From: Gemmatimonadota bacterium
Lineage (GTDB): Bacteria > Gemmatimonadota > Gemmatimonadetes > Gemmatimonadales > GWC2-71-9
Length of the DNA: 64,000 nucleotides
Reading direction: 5' to 3'
Assembly (NCBI GenBank): GCA_039588295.1
Contig: JBDHAB010000002.1
Location: 14,766-78,765 of the forward strand
Shown here: in pieces, positions 1 through 9,578 of the stretch
Position numbering within the stretch: the stretch's first letter is position 1
Layout of the letters: every line of letters starts with the position of its first letter
The notes under the pieces: generated by a model
Database searches by the model: none
What the model was told of the DNA's origin: nothing
What the model saw: only the letters and a program-made list of their open reading frames with translations
Translations under genes and position numbers: made by a program

Positions 1-1
1 C

Positions 2-724
2 GTCTGGGTCATGGTGGACTGCGGGTACCACCGAACCGGTGTGGACCCCGCCTCCGACCACGCGGTCGAGATCACACGCAGCGTGGCCGTTTCGTCGGCG
101 CTCCACTTCGACGGGATTCTCACTCATGGTGGCCACACCTACACGGGACGGACCCAGACGGAGGTGAACGCTGCGGCGATCGAGGAGCGTGAGGTGACGG
201 TGGCGTTTGCCGACCGACTCCGCGCGCTGGGCATCGAGGTACCCGCGGTCAGTGTCGGCTCAACGCCGGGCATGGCCGCGATCGACCACCTCAACGGCGT
301 GGATGAAGCCCGACCCGGCAACTACGCGTTCCACGACCACACGCAGGTGCTGCTTGGCACGTGCGGGGTGCGAGACTGTGCCCTCACCGTTTTGGCGAGC
401 GTGGTCTCGTCACAGCCGGGGGCCGAGCACTGTGTCACTGATGCAGGCGCCCTCGCCCTGTCGAAGGACACGGGACGCGGGCCCATCGCCGAACCCACCA
501 TGGGCGAGATCTTTGACGACTATGCCGCCGGAACCCTCTCACGAGCCGCACGACTCGTGTCGCTCAGCCAGGAACATGGTGTGGTCAGTGCGCCACTTGC
601 AGTTGGCGAACGTGTGCGAATCCTCCCCAACCACTCATGCCTCACCGTCGCCTGCTTCGATCGGTATCACGTCGTCCGCGGCGAGGAGGTCGTGGACGCC
701 TGGCGGATCTGGCGCGGGAGATGA
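2..724 (+). CDS. PLP-dependent D-threonine aldolase/D-serine dehydratase-like enzyme (alanine racemase fold), 5'-truncated by the window edge
   Basis: Motifs VDCGYHRTGV, GILTHGGH, SVGSTP, RPGNY, SQEHG, PNHSC; frame is open to the window start. Confidence 0.85.
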   Translation, partial: VWVMVDCGYHRTGVDPASDHAVEITRSVAVSSALHFDGILTHGGHTYTGRTQTEVNAAAIEEREVTVAFADRLRALGIEVPAVSVGSTPGMAAIDHLNGVDEARPGNYAFHDHTQVLLGTCGVRDCALTVLASVVSSQPGAEHCVTDAGALALSKDTGRGPIAEPTMGEIFDDYAAGTLSRAARLVSLSQEHGVVSAPLAVGERVRILPNHSCLTVACFDRYHVVRGEEVVDAWRIWRGR

Positions 725-755
725 CGGTTTGCACGTGAACATCCGAGGAACTCCC

Positions 756-781
756 GCAACTCTTCTCCCTTTTAACTCGTT
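756..781 (+). promoter_or_regulatory. Putative ECF-sigma promoter upstream of serpin
   Basis: GCAAC(756-760)-N18-GTT(779-781), the same spacing as motifs upstream of both ECF sigma genes. Confidence 0.3.
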
Positions 782-860
782 TCCCGCATCCAGTGACGCC
801 ACTGACCCCAGCCGAGGTATCTTCGGTTGACAGCACACGCAGTTCTGAGTGGAGGACCCC

Positions 861-2096
861 ATGCGGCAGCATATTGCACTGGTATTGGCGGGCTCGGTCG
901 CCACGGTGTTGGTGGGCTGTGGAGAAGCGTTCGGCCCCATCGAACGTCTCCCCCGCGAGCTGAGCGTTGCGGAAGGCAAGCTCATCGAAGCGGACAACCG
1001 GTTCGCGTTCAAGCTGTTCAGAGAGATCAACAACCGGGAACCCGCGGGCAGCAACGTCTTCATCTCCCCGCTCAGCGTGGGCATGGCCTTGGGGATGACG
1101 TACAACGGTGCCGCCGGCACCACGCGTGATGCCATGCAGCAGGCCCTCGAGCTCGAGGGCATGACGCTCCAGGAGGTCAACGAAGCTTATCAGAGCCTCA
1201 TCACCCTGCTCCGGGACCTCGACCCGTATGTCGAGTTCGTCCTCGCCAACTCCATCTGGTACCGCGAGGGCATCAGCATCGTCCCGGAGTTCCTCGACGT
1301 CAACCGGCAGTACTTCGATGCCGAGGTGTCGGCGTTGGATTTCTCCGACCCGTCCACGGTTGACGTGATCAACGCCTGGGTCGACGCGAAGACACAGGGC
1401 CGGATCGACGAGATCGTCACACCGCCGATTGACCCGTTAACGATCATGTTCCTGATCAACGCGATCTACTTCAAAGGGGACTGGACACACCAGTTCGACA
1501 AGGATCTGACCAGAGACGCACCGTTTAGACTCCCGGATGGTTCCGAAACGACCGTCAAGCTGATGTCCCACGAGGCGGAGATTCCGCTGCGGCACTTCGA
1601 CTCCGGGGAACTCGTCATTGCGGATCTGGCATACGGGGGTCAGGCGTACAGCATGACCGTCGTCATGCCCACCGATCCCACGGGCATCGATGCGCTGGCG
1701 GAGAGCGTAACTGAGGAGCAGTGGAAGGCCTGGGTCTCGGCGCTCATCGCGGACTCGCTCCACATCGACCTACCGAAGTTTCGATTGGAGTACGAGATCG
1801 GCTTGAAAGACGTGCTGACGGCACTCGGGATGGGCATCGCCTTCTCACCATTCGACGCGGACTTCACCAATCTCTATTCGGGTCCCGAACGGGCGTACAT
1901 CAGCAAGGTGAAGCACAAGACGTTCGTCGACGTGAACGAGGAGGGCACCGAGGCCGCAGCGGTGACGTCCGTGGAGATCGGCTTGACCAGCGTGCCCCTG
2001 AGGATTGTGATCGACCGCCCCTTCTTGTTCGCCATCCGGGAGAACTACTCGGGGACGATTCTGTTTCTCGGGAAGGTGGTGAACCCAGGCAGTTGA
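861..2096 (+). CDS. Serpin (serine protease inhibitor), lipoprotein
   Basis: GGAGGA RBS at 851-856; lipobox LVGC; NVFISPLS, NAIYFKGDW, hinge EEGTEAAAVT, DRPFLFAIRE signature. Confidence 0.95.
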   Translation: MRQHIALVLAGSVATVLVGCGEAFGPIERLPRELSVAEGKLIEADNRFAFKLFREINNREPAGSNVFISPLSVGMALGMTYNGAAGTTRDAMQQALELEGMTLQEVNEAYQSLITLLRDLDPYVEFVLANSIWYREGISIVPEFLDVNRQYFDAEVSALDFSDPSTVDVINAWVDAKTQGRIDEIVTPPIDPLTIMFLINAIYFKGDWTHQFDKDLTRDAPFRLPDGSETTVKLMSHEAEIPLRHFDSGELVIADLAYGGQAYSMTVVMPTDPTGIDALAESVTEEQWKAWVSALIADSLHIDLPKFRLEYEIGLKDVLTALGMGIAFSPFDADFTNLYSGPERAYISKVKHKTFVDVNEEGTEAAAVTSVEIGLTSVPLRIVIDRPFLFAIRENYSGTILFLGKVVNPGS

Positions 2097-2182
2097 TCCA
2101 GTAGCGAGGTCGAAACGGGGAAAGGGGAGACTCGTGGCCGCATAGCTACCCCTCCCCTCTCCCTCCCCTGTCCCTCGTCCCC

Positions 2183-3841
2183 TTATTGCTCCCGTCGAAA
2201 GACCACCTTCCCCGCCACGAGGGTTAGGTCCACCGTCGTATCCTCGATGTCCGCCGGATCAATCGTGAAGATGTCGTCGGCCAAGACCGCGAGATCGGCA
2301 TACCGTCCGCGCTCCAGCGTCCCCAGCTCGTCCTCCAAAAAGGCCGCATAAGCATTGGCCGAGGTGTAGGCCGCCACAGCTTCTTCAACGGTGATCTTCT
2401 GCGCCGGTACCCAGCCGTCTGGATTCGCCCCGTCAATGGTGCGGCGGGTCACCGCAGCGTAGATCCCAAGCAGTGGGTCGATCGGCGCCACCGTCCAGTC
2501 GCTGCCAAACGCCAGTCGAGCCCCGGCGTCCGCCAGGTCGCGAAACGCATAGGTGGTCTTGATCCGCTCCGTGCCGATCCGCTTCGCCGCCCAGCGTCCG
2601 TCGTCGATCGCGTGGTACGGCTGCATGGACGGAATCACTCCGTCCTCAGCCGTGCGCCGAACCGCATCGGACGTAAGATGCTGGGCGTGCTCGATGCGAG
2701 CACGGCGATCGCGCGTTCCGTGGCGCTGCCGCGCCTCTGCAAACAGCTCGAGCAACCAGTCGTTGGCCCGATCTCCAATTGCGTGCACGATGAGTTGGAG
2801 CCCCGCCTCATCGGCTGCGAGAACGCTCGCCCGCAGCTCGGCGGTGTCGGTGACCATCAATCCCGCGGTGGTGGGATCGTCCTCATAGGGCTCGTAGAAC
2901 CACGCCGTGGTGGAGCCAAGCGACCCGTCGACGAATCCTTTGACGCCGCCCCAGAACAAGTGGTGGTCGCCGCGACCCTCACGCTCGATGTAGTGCGCCA
3001 GCCGTTCCCAGGTCGCGATCGGCACCACGGAGTACACGCGAAGGGGTAGTGCACCCTGTGATCGTGCGCGACGGTACGTCTCGTGACCCGCCCACGTCCC
3101 CATATCTGTGATCATCGTGACCCCGCGCTCGACGGCGTGAGCCACGGCGGCGCGCAGCGCGCGGTCGAGTTCCGCCTCCGACGGATCGGGAATCACGCGG
3201 CTCATGACGGACATCGCCGCGTCTTTGAGGACGCCTGTGGGCCGGCCATCCAGGTCCCGCACAATGGTGCCGCCCGGTGGGTCCGGCGTGTCCGGCGTCA
3301 CGCCGGCCAGCTCCAACGCCCTCGTGTTGGCCAGTCCCATGTGACCGTCGAGCCGGCTCACGAACACTGGGTGATCCGGGGTCAGCGAGTCGATCCAGTC
3401 TCGGTGGGGCAACTCTCCGCCCCACAGCTCATGGTCCCAAGTCCCGCCCGTGACCCACTCGTTAGGGTGGGCGGCCGCAAATGCGCCGATCCGCCGGGCA
3501 AACTCCTCCGGGGTCGCTGCGTCACGCAGCTGCACCGCAGCGAGCTCGAAGCCGCCGGCGATGAAGTGCGTGTGGGCGTCGATGAACCCCGGCACCACTC
3601 GTCGACCCCGCAGATCGATCCGGTCCGTCCTCGGGCCGACGAATCCGAGCACCTCCGCATCGGACCCAATGGCGAGGACGCGTTCCCCACGGACCGCGAG
3701 CGCGGTTGGCTCGGAGGGTCCGGGACCGCCTGTCCAGATCCGACCGCCCACGAGCACCAAATCCGCCACCTGTCCCGAGGCACTCATCGGCATCCCGACA
3801 CACAACACCGCACATAGTCCCCCAACCCGTCGCCACCACAT
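2183..3841 (-). CDS. Amidohydrolase 3 / YtcJ-like metal-dependent hydrolase, probably secreted
   Basis: PGFIDAHTH, KGFVDGSLG, HAIGDRA, RIEHAQ, GSDW; signal-peptide-like N-terminus from ATG 3841. Confidence 0.9.
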   Translation of the reverse strand: MWWRRVGGLCAVLCVGMPMSASGQVADLVLVGGRIWTGGPGPSEPTALAVRGERVLAIGSDAEVLGFVGPRTDRIDLRGRRVVPGFIDAHTHFIAGGFELAAVQLRDAATPEEFARRIGAFAAAHPNEWVTGGTWDHELWGGELPHRDWIDSLTPDHPVFVSRLDGHMGLANTRALELAGVTPDTPDPPGGTIVRDLDGRPTGVLKDAAMSVMSRVIPDPSEAELDRALRAAVAHAVERGVTMITDMGTWAGHETYRRARSQGALPLRVYSVVPIATWERLAHYIEREGRGDHHLFWGGVKGFVDGSLGSTTAWFYEPYEDDPTTAGLMVTDTAELRASVLAADEAGLQLIVHAIGDRANDWLLELFAEARQRHGTRDRRARIEHAQHLTSDAVRRTAEDGVIPSMQPYHAIDDGRWAAKRIGTERIKTTYAFRDLADAGARLAFGSDWTVAPIDPLLGIYAAVTRRTIDGANPDGWVPAQKITVEEAVAAYTSANAYAAFLEDELGTLERGRYADLAVLADDIFTIDPADIEDTTVDLTLVAGKVVFRREQ

Positions 3842-3990
3842 AGGCTCTCTCCAGGTAAGCCGTCGCCACTCATGCGTCCGCCGCTCATTGGACCCGATCT
3901 GAACTTCGCGCCGGTCTGACGGCGGGGCAAGCAAGTGGTGCCGCACCATCGCCGCAGCCTGAGGCCCGTCCGCCACGGCGAAATAAGAGA

Positions 3991-4038
3991 TGTGAGCAAG
4001 CACTCACAAAACCCTGCAACAGAAGTGAGCGCTCACTT
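3991..4038. promoter_or_regulatory. Two palindromic operator-like sites in the divergent intergenic region
   Basis: TGTGAG-N6-CTCACA (3991-4008) and perfect AAGTGAGCGCTCACTT (4023-4038). Confidence 0.5.
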
Positions 4039-4159
4039 AATTATCGCCGGGTTGCGAGGGCGCATCACCACCAGTAGTACAAGCGTAACTAATACGACCA
4101 CATCAGGTTAGGCGCTCATCCGCTACCGCGTTGGCTCCCCACAGGCTACATTGATACCG

Positions 4160-5218
4160 ATGAGTTTACGACCGCTTTATGGTCACCGAGCATTGCTGGA
4201 CCGGCTGGCTGGCGCTCTCGCCTCCAGCCGGTTCCCACAAGCGGCGCTGATGGCCGGTCCGCCCGGCGTCGGCAAACAGCGCTTGGCCCTATGGGTGGCC
4301 CAGGGATTGCTCTGTGGCGAGGGATCAGGCGCACCGTGTGGCTCCTGTGGCCCCTGCGGGCAGGTGGATCGGCTCGGGCATCCAGACCTGCATTGGTTTG
4401 TGCCGATTCCGAGACCGAAGGGATCGGACTCGGACAAACAGGTCGAGGAGGTGCACGAGAGCCTCGGCGAGGTGATGGAGGAGCGGCGGCGGGACGGGCT
4501 GTGGACCAGACCCGAGGGAATGGTCAGCCATTCGCTCGCCTCCGTCCGGCTGCTCCAGCGGATGGTGTGGATCACACCATTCTCGGGCGCTCGCAAGGTG
4601 TTCGTGCTCGGCAATGCGGAGCGGCTCGTGGTGCAGGAGGCCAGCCAGGAGGCAGCCAACGCGCTGCTCAAGGTCCTGGAGGAGCCTCCGGCGGATACGA
4701 CGCTGATCCTGACCGCGGCGGATCCGCACGCCCTGCTGCCGACGATTCGGTCGCGGCTCGTGACGATCCGCGTGGGAAGAGTGGCTGACGAGGATGTGCG
4801 TACCTTCCTCAGCCGTGAGGTCGACCCGCCGCTCGAGGGCGCGGTGCTCGAACGCCGGACCCTCCTGGCGGAAGGGTCGATTGGCCAGGCACTGGCGGCC
4901 GAGGATGGCTCGAACGCGCCCGACCGGGCAGCAGCCGAGCTGCTGTCGGCCGTGAAGCGGAAGGATGGGACATGGCTCCCACTGGCCCTCGCGCAGCCAC
5001 CGTGGGCGGCTCGTGGCGACTTCACGGGCATGCTGGACGCACTGGCGTTCAGGCTGCGCGCAGAGCTAGCCGAGGAGTCTCAGCGACGACCGGACGCCGC
5101 CCGGCCCTTCGTCGAGGCACTGCGACGTGTCGAGGAGACGCGGGCAGCGGCGCAGGGGAATGTGAATCCCCAGTTGGCCCTCGCGACGCTCGCGGGTGAG
5201 TTGGAGCGCGTGCTGTGA
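4160..5218 (+). CDS. holB: DNA polymerase III subunit delta'
   Basis: GPPGVGK, C..PCGSCGPC zinc module, HPDL, AANALLKVLEEPP, LLPTIRSR. Confidence 0.9.
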   Translation: MSLRPLYGHRALLDRLAGALASSRFPQAALMAGPPGVGKQRLALWVAQGLLCGEGSGAPCGSCGPCGQVDRLGHPDLHWFVPIPRPKGSDSDKQVEEVHESLGEVMEERRRDGLWTRPEGMVSHSLASVRLLQRMVWITPFSGARKVFVLGNAERLVVQEASQEAANALLKVLEEPPADTTLILTAADPHALLPTIRSRLVTIRVGRVADEDVRTFLSREVDPPLEGAVLERRTLLAEGSIGQALAAEDGSNAPDRAAAELLSAVKRKDGTWLPLALAQPPWAARGDFTGMLDALAFRLRAELAEESQRRPDAARPFVEALRRVEETRAAAQGNVNPQLALATLAGELERVL

Positions 5219-5706
5219 AGTTGTCGCACGTCGACGGGAGCGGCCGGGCCAGAATGGTTGACGTGGCGGGGAAGCCCGAGACGAAGCGGATGGCCAGGGC
5301 GGAGGGAAGGATCCGCCTGTCGGCCGCAGGGTATCGGCTGGTCGAGCGGAACTCGGGACCGAAGGGGGACGTTGTATCAACTGCGGAGCTGGCCGGGGTC
5401 ATGGCGGCAAAGCACGTCGCCGCGTTGATTCCCCTGTGTCACCCGGTGCCGCTCGACCATGTCGGCGTCCATGCCCGTCTCGATCCGGAACTCCCCGGAG
5501 TGGCGGTCGAGGCGACGGCGACGGCGGTGGGACGCACGGGCGTTGAGATGGAGGCACTGACAGCTGTAACCGTGGCGCTCCTCACGGTGTACGACATGGT
5601 CAAGGCAACCGGCCACGCCATGGAGATCGGTGAGATCCGGTTGCTGGAAAAAACCGGCGGCACGACCGGTGATTGGAATCGACATAACGATGAGGATACA
5701 ACATGA
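5215..5706 (+). CDS. moaC: Cyclic pyranopterin monophosphate synthase
   Basis: LSH...ARMVDV..K, KGDV, LIPLCH, TGVEMEALT, YDMVKA, KTGG. Confidence 0.97.
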   Translation: MKLSHVDGSGRARMVDVAGKPETKRMARAEGRIRLSAAGYRLVERNSGPKGDVVSTAELAGVMAAKHVAALIPLCHPVPLDHVGVHARLDPELPGVAVEATATAVGRTGVEMEALTAVTVALLTVYDMVKATGHAMEIGEIRLLEKTGGTTGDWNRHNDEDTT

Positions 5707-6410
5707 TGGACATACAGAGCGTCGCCCAAGGGATCGCTGAGCGGTTGGCCGGCGCGTGGAAGCGCCTGTCGGGGACGCAGCAGCTCACCCTGCGTGGTCT
5801 GGGCATCGTCGCCGCGGTAGTGGCCGCGGGCGCCCTCGTGGGCGCTCGCGCACCGCACGCGGCGACAGCCGACGGTGGGCCGTCGTACACGGGCACGGCC
5901 GTCCGCTCCGAGTTTCGGCTCCTGGGTGAACGGCTGGACACCCCCGGTGAGCTGGAGCTGGCGCGACTGGAGCTCGAGCGCCTCGAGGCCATTCTCCGGT
6001 ATTCGACGCGCTATCAGATCCCGGCGGATCTCTCGGAGCTGATCTTCGACATCGCGCTGCGCGAGGGGATCGACCCGGAACTTGCTTTCCGGTTGGTCGA
6101 TCTCGAGAGCGAGTTCCACGTTCGAGCCCGCAGCGGAGCCGCTGCCGTGGGATTAGCGCAGGTTCAGCTTGCGACGGCTCGGTTCTATGAGCCCGAGGCT
6201 ACGTTTGAGGACTTGTACGATCCGGCAACCAATCTGCGGATCGGACTGCGGTTCCTGCGCGATCTGATCGACGCCTATGGGGATGTCGAGCTCGCGCTGC
6301 TCGCCTACAATTGGGGCCCTTCTCGCTTACGGGAGCTGTTGGCCGAAGGCCGCGATCCCCGGAACGGGTACGCGTCGTCCATTATGGAGGGCTATCGCGG
6401 AACCTGGTAG
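5703..6410 (+). CDS. Membrane-anchored SLT-family lytic transglycosylase
   Basis: N-terminal TM; ES motif (DLESEF), AVGLAQV, LALLAYNWGP. Confidence 0.88.
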   Translation: MMDIQSVAQGIAERLAGAWKRLSGTQQLTLRGLGIVAAVVAAGALVGARAPHAATADGGPSYTGTAVRSEFRLLGERLDTPGELELARLELERLEAILRYSTRYQIPADLSELIFDIALREGIDPELAFRLVDLESEFHVRARSGAAAVGLAQVQLATARFYEPEATFEDLYDPATNLRIGLRFLRDLIDAYGDVELALLAYNWGPSRLRELLAEGRDPRNGYASSIMEGYRGTW

Positions 6411-6420
6411 CGCGAGAGGC

Positions 6421-7944
6421 TCAGTCGTCCCTGCGGCTTGGCGGCGTGAGCGCCAACCGCTTCCCGACCCGGAGGACACCCTCCGGGTCGATTCCGTTCC
6501 ACCTGGCCACGTCTCCAACGCCCACGCCGTACCGCCGGGCAATCGTCCACAACGACTCGCCGCGGCGCACGGTGTGATACCGAACCCCGCTCACGACGGG
6601 ACGTGGTCTTGGCGCGCGACCCGTGGCGGCGCGCGATCGGGCCGCGGCGCTCACGGGAACCACGAGGCGCCGTCCAATCCTCACTCTCCGCGGATGCACG
6701 TTACCGTTTGCCGCCCGCAGAACCTTGACGCTCACACCATAGCGCTCGCCGATTTCCGAGAGGGTCTCGCCCGCCCGCACGACGTGCTCCACCCAATTGA
6801 CCCGCTCGCTGGCAGGGAGCGTGGCCAGGCGCTGCACCACGACACTCCCCGTCCCACGAGGCACGCGTACCACTGACGTGAGGTCGGGAGACGTTACGCC
6901 GCGCACGAATTGCGGGTTGAGCTCCAGCAAGGCGCGGCTGGAGGTGTCGGCGAGCTCGGCCAACACGTCCAGCCCCGTGGCATCATCAACGGTGATCTCA
7001 TCAAAGGCGAGGGGGGGCACCGTCGGTATGCTATCGAACCCGAACCCAGCCGGATTCTTCGCGATCAGCACCGCGGCAATCAGCTTCGGCACGTAGTCCC
7101 GGGTTTCGCGCCGCAGATAACGGCCGGCGGACAAGTCAAAGAATGTCTCGTCGGTCAGTGAATCCGGAGTGGAGGTGAGTCGACGAAGCCCGCGGCTGAC
7201 CCTCCCCGCTCCGCCGTTGTACGCAGCCGCGGCCAGATACCACGAGCCGAACTGGGCGTAGAGATCTGCCAGATGGCGACCGGCCGCCTCGGTCGCTTTG
7301 AAAGGATCCCGGCGCTCATCCAACCAGGTATTCACTGCCAGCCCGTACCCTTTGGCCGTGGAGGCGATGAACTGCCACATGCCGACGGCATTGGCCCGCG
7401 ATACAGCCGTGTTGGACAACCCGCTCTCGATGAGGGTCAGGTAGACGAGGTCTTCGGGAATGCTCAGCTTGCGGAAGCGAGCGCGGATCATTCCCTCATA
7501 CCGCGGCAAACGCCCGAGCCAGATAGCGAATCGATTCCTGGCGGGCCCCTGGAAGAAGTCCAGGTAGTACCGAACGCGGTCTCGATCTGCGAACGAGGCC
7601 ACGTCGATATCGGAGACCGGCCCCTCCACGGACGAGGGTCCGCCGCGCGGACCGGCATCGGTACCGCCCCTTGGGAGCCTTGGCGCCGACAGTACGCCCT
7701 GCACGTGATCGGCGCCTTTGGCCAAGCTCTTGAATTCGAGTTCGTGGAGCGCCTCAAGCGCGTCCTGGTCCGCGAGTGAATCTTCTGCGGTGGCGGCCGG
7801 GGCGGGTATCGCGATCGGAAGCGCAGCCGGCTCGTCAGACGGAGGCTCGAGTGGCGCGGTCTCCGTGGAGCCACCCCCGGAGAGGGTGGCACAGCCCGTG
7901 GCGCCCATCAGCGCCAGAATACCAGCAGCGCGTTGGATGTTCAC
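6421..7944 (-). CDS. MltD-like lytic transglycosylase with two LysM domains, lipoprotein
   Basis: IESGL, AVGMWQFI, DERRDP, AAYNGG, ETRDYVPK; LysM HVVRAGETLSEI and HTVRRGESLWTI; lipobox ATGC. Confidence 0.92.
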   Translation of the reverse strand: MNIQRAAGILALMGATGCATLSGGGSTETAPLEPPSDEPAALPIAIPAPAATAEDSLADQDALEALHELEFKSLAKGADHVQGVLSAPRLPRGGTDAGPRGGPSSVEGPVSDIDVASFADRDRVRYYLDFFQGPARNRFAIWLGRLPRYEGMIRARFRKLSIPEDLVYLTLIESGLSNTAVSRANAVGMWQFIASTAKGYGLAVNTWLDERRDPFKATEAAGRHLADLYAQFGSWYLAAAAYNGGAGRVSRGLRRLTSTPDSLTDETFFDLSAGRYLRRETRDYVPKLIAAVLIAKNPAGFGFDSIPTVPPLAFDEITVDDATGLDVLAELADTSSRALLELNPQFVRGVTSPDLTSVVRVPRGTGSVVVQRLATLPASERVNWVEHVVRAGETLSEIGERYGVSVKVLRAANGNVHPRRVRIGRRLVVPVSAAARSRAATGRAPRPRPVVSGVRYHTVRRGESLWTIARRYGVGVGDVARWNGIDPEGVLRVGKRLALTPPSRRDD

Positions 7945-7951
7945 GAGGGTG

Positions 7952-8368
7952 TCAGCGCATGAAGACCATGTTGCCCATCAGCCGGTTCGTCGCGTTTAGC
8001 ACTGCCAGCGCAGCGCTCCGCTGAAGCTCCGTTTCAGACAGGCACGATCCAACCAGTCGCGTGGCCGGCACGCCGTTGTGGCAGGACAAGGACACAATCA
8101 CGACCGTGGCATCGAACGCCCGTACCGCCTTTACTCCTAGCAATTCGAATGCCAGCTTTTCGGCCACCGCCCCCTGCAATGCCTCGGTGGCTGCCTGGGC
8201 GGCACAACGCAGCTCGCCTGCTGGCGACCCGAGTCCCTCAGCAGCTCCTACGAACTGCTCCCCCGCGGTCCGCTCCAACACGACCCGGGAGCGGCACCGA
8301 CCGTTAGGCAGCTTCTCGAACTCGAAGGTCAGGAACTTGAGGCGTTCGCGCGCCCGAGGTGCAGTCAT
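7952..8368 (-). CDS. Hypothetical protein, possibly a stand-alone LeuA-allosteric-like domain
   Basis: 138 aa; GGAGGT RBS; duplicated beta-strand/helix pattern ending AALAVLNATNR. Confidence 0.7.
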   Translation of the reverse strand: MTAPRARERLKFLTFEFEKLPNGRCRSRVVLERTAGEQFVGAAEGLGSPAGELRCAAQAATEALQGAVAEKLAFELLGVKAVRAFDATVVIVSLSCHNGVPATRLVGSCLSETELQRSAALAVLNATNRLMGNMVFMR

Positions 8369-8389
8369 TTCGATACCTCCCAGCGACGC

Positions 8390-8644
8390 CTACTCGGCTT
8401 CCCCGAACCGGACTTCCAGCTGCCGATGATCAACTTCTTCGACGGCGCGGAGGAAGTCCACGTCGAGCCGTGGCTTCCCGGCCTCGTCGATCAGCACCGA
8501 CACCAAGAGCGTATGACCGTCGTCCAGCGCAATGCGTAGCACCCGGCAATCCGCTCGGATTTCGACATCCTGCACGGCGTGGCCACGGAGCTGGCCGACC
8601 GCATCGGCCATGCGACGGAGCTCCTGGACTGATGCGAGAGACAT
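8390..8644 (-). CDS. Small hypothetical protein
   Basis: 84 aa ORF packed between co-oriented neighbours; globular composition. Confidence 0.7.
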   Translation of the reverse strand: MSLASVQELRRMADAVGQLRGHAVQDVEIRADCRVLRIALDDGHTLLVSVLIDEAGKPRLDVDFLRAVEEVDHRQLEVRFGEAE

Positions 8645-8663
8645 GGGGGACGCCGAGGGCTCC

Positions 8664-8909
8664 TTACGCGAGATGCTGGACGAGCACTTCCCTCAGCGTG
8701 TCATTGGTCAGGCGATCTGCGGCCTGGAACAGTGAGGATTTCGAGGCAGACTCCAGGGGGAATGACGCCCAGAACGTCCGCGGCTCTCGATCGGTCCTGG
8801 CCGCGCGGAAGGATAGGGTCAACTGCCACATCCTGGCGTCGGGCCGCATTTCTGCAGCCGGCTGAACGTGCCACACCTCTTCCCCTGACTCGATTATTCT
8901 CCAAGCCAT
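8664..8909 (-). CDS. Small hypothetical protein
   Basis: MAWRIIES... 81 aa, co-oriented, protein-like composition. Confidence 0.7.
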   Translation of the reverse strand: MAWRIIESGEEVWHVQPAAEMRPDARMWQLTLSFRAARTDREPRTFWASFPLESASKSSLFQAADRLTNDTLREVLVQHLA

Positions 8910-8984
8910 CGACCGGTACCCTCTGAGACGCTGCTTGTGCTCTGCGGTAAGCCCGCGCAATATGCCGACCGCTGGACGAACCGG

Positions 8985-9578
8985 TCAAGGGCGCCCGAGC
9001 CCCAGTGCTCGTAGATCCTCGGCCGTGTCCAGGTCCCGCAGGGCACCGAGCTGTCTCACTCGAAGATCGTTGCTGCGGCACCGAGCCACCGTGACTTGCA
9101 GCACACGGTCCGAGCTCCACGGAATGTCGGTAAACAGCCCGGATTCGAAGCGATTGAGGCCGAGGAGGTAGTACCCGCCGTCGACGGCCGGACCGAGCAC
9201 CACGTCGACCTCTGCCAGCGCGGCCACCGCCTCACGAATCGTCGCCGTCGAAACACCGGGGGCGTCCGCTCCAATGGCGAGCACCGGCCCAGCACCACGT
9301 GAGAAATGGGAAGCAAACGCGTGTGAAAGACGCTCACCGAGGTCGCGACCGTGCTGCGCACGGAATTCGTGATCGCCCAGCCACTCGCGCATCTCGGTCC
9401 CCGCCTCAGGCGGATAGTACCACACGGTGACGGGGTAATCGGTCGCCACCCCGCACACCACCCGCCCACCGACTGCCCGATAGACTTCGAGCGCGTCGGC
9501 CTCACCGATGTCCCGCGCGAGCCGCGTCTTCACCTCACCGAGACGCGGCGCTTTCGCAAACACCAAGACGGCGGTCAT
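8985..9578 (-). CDS. TIGR04282/DUF2064 family transferase (rSAM/selenodomain- or arsenosugar-associated)
   Basis: VFAKAP..GEVKTRL, Q.G.DLGERL, IGAD.P, VLGPA.DGGYYL.G, IPWS, LRDLDT.EDL. Confidence 0.93.
   Translation of the reverse strand: MTAVLVFAKAPRLGEVKTRLARDIGEADALEVYRAVGGRVVCGVATDYPVTVWYYPPEAGTEMREWLGDHEFRAQHGRDLGERLSHAFASHFSRGAGPVLAIGADAPGVSTATIREAVAALAEVDVVLGPAVDGGYYLLGLNRFESGLFTDIPWSSDRVLQVTVARCRSNDLRVRQLGALRDLDTAEDLRALGLGRP

Noticed and set aside
4023-4038. Cloning-vector lacO contamination
   Set aside because: Only the 12-bp core matches; the flanks are not AATT and no vector sequence is adjacent
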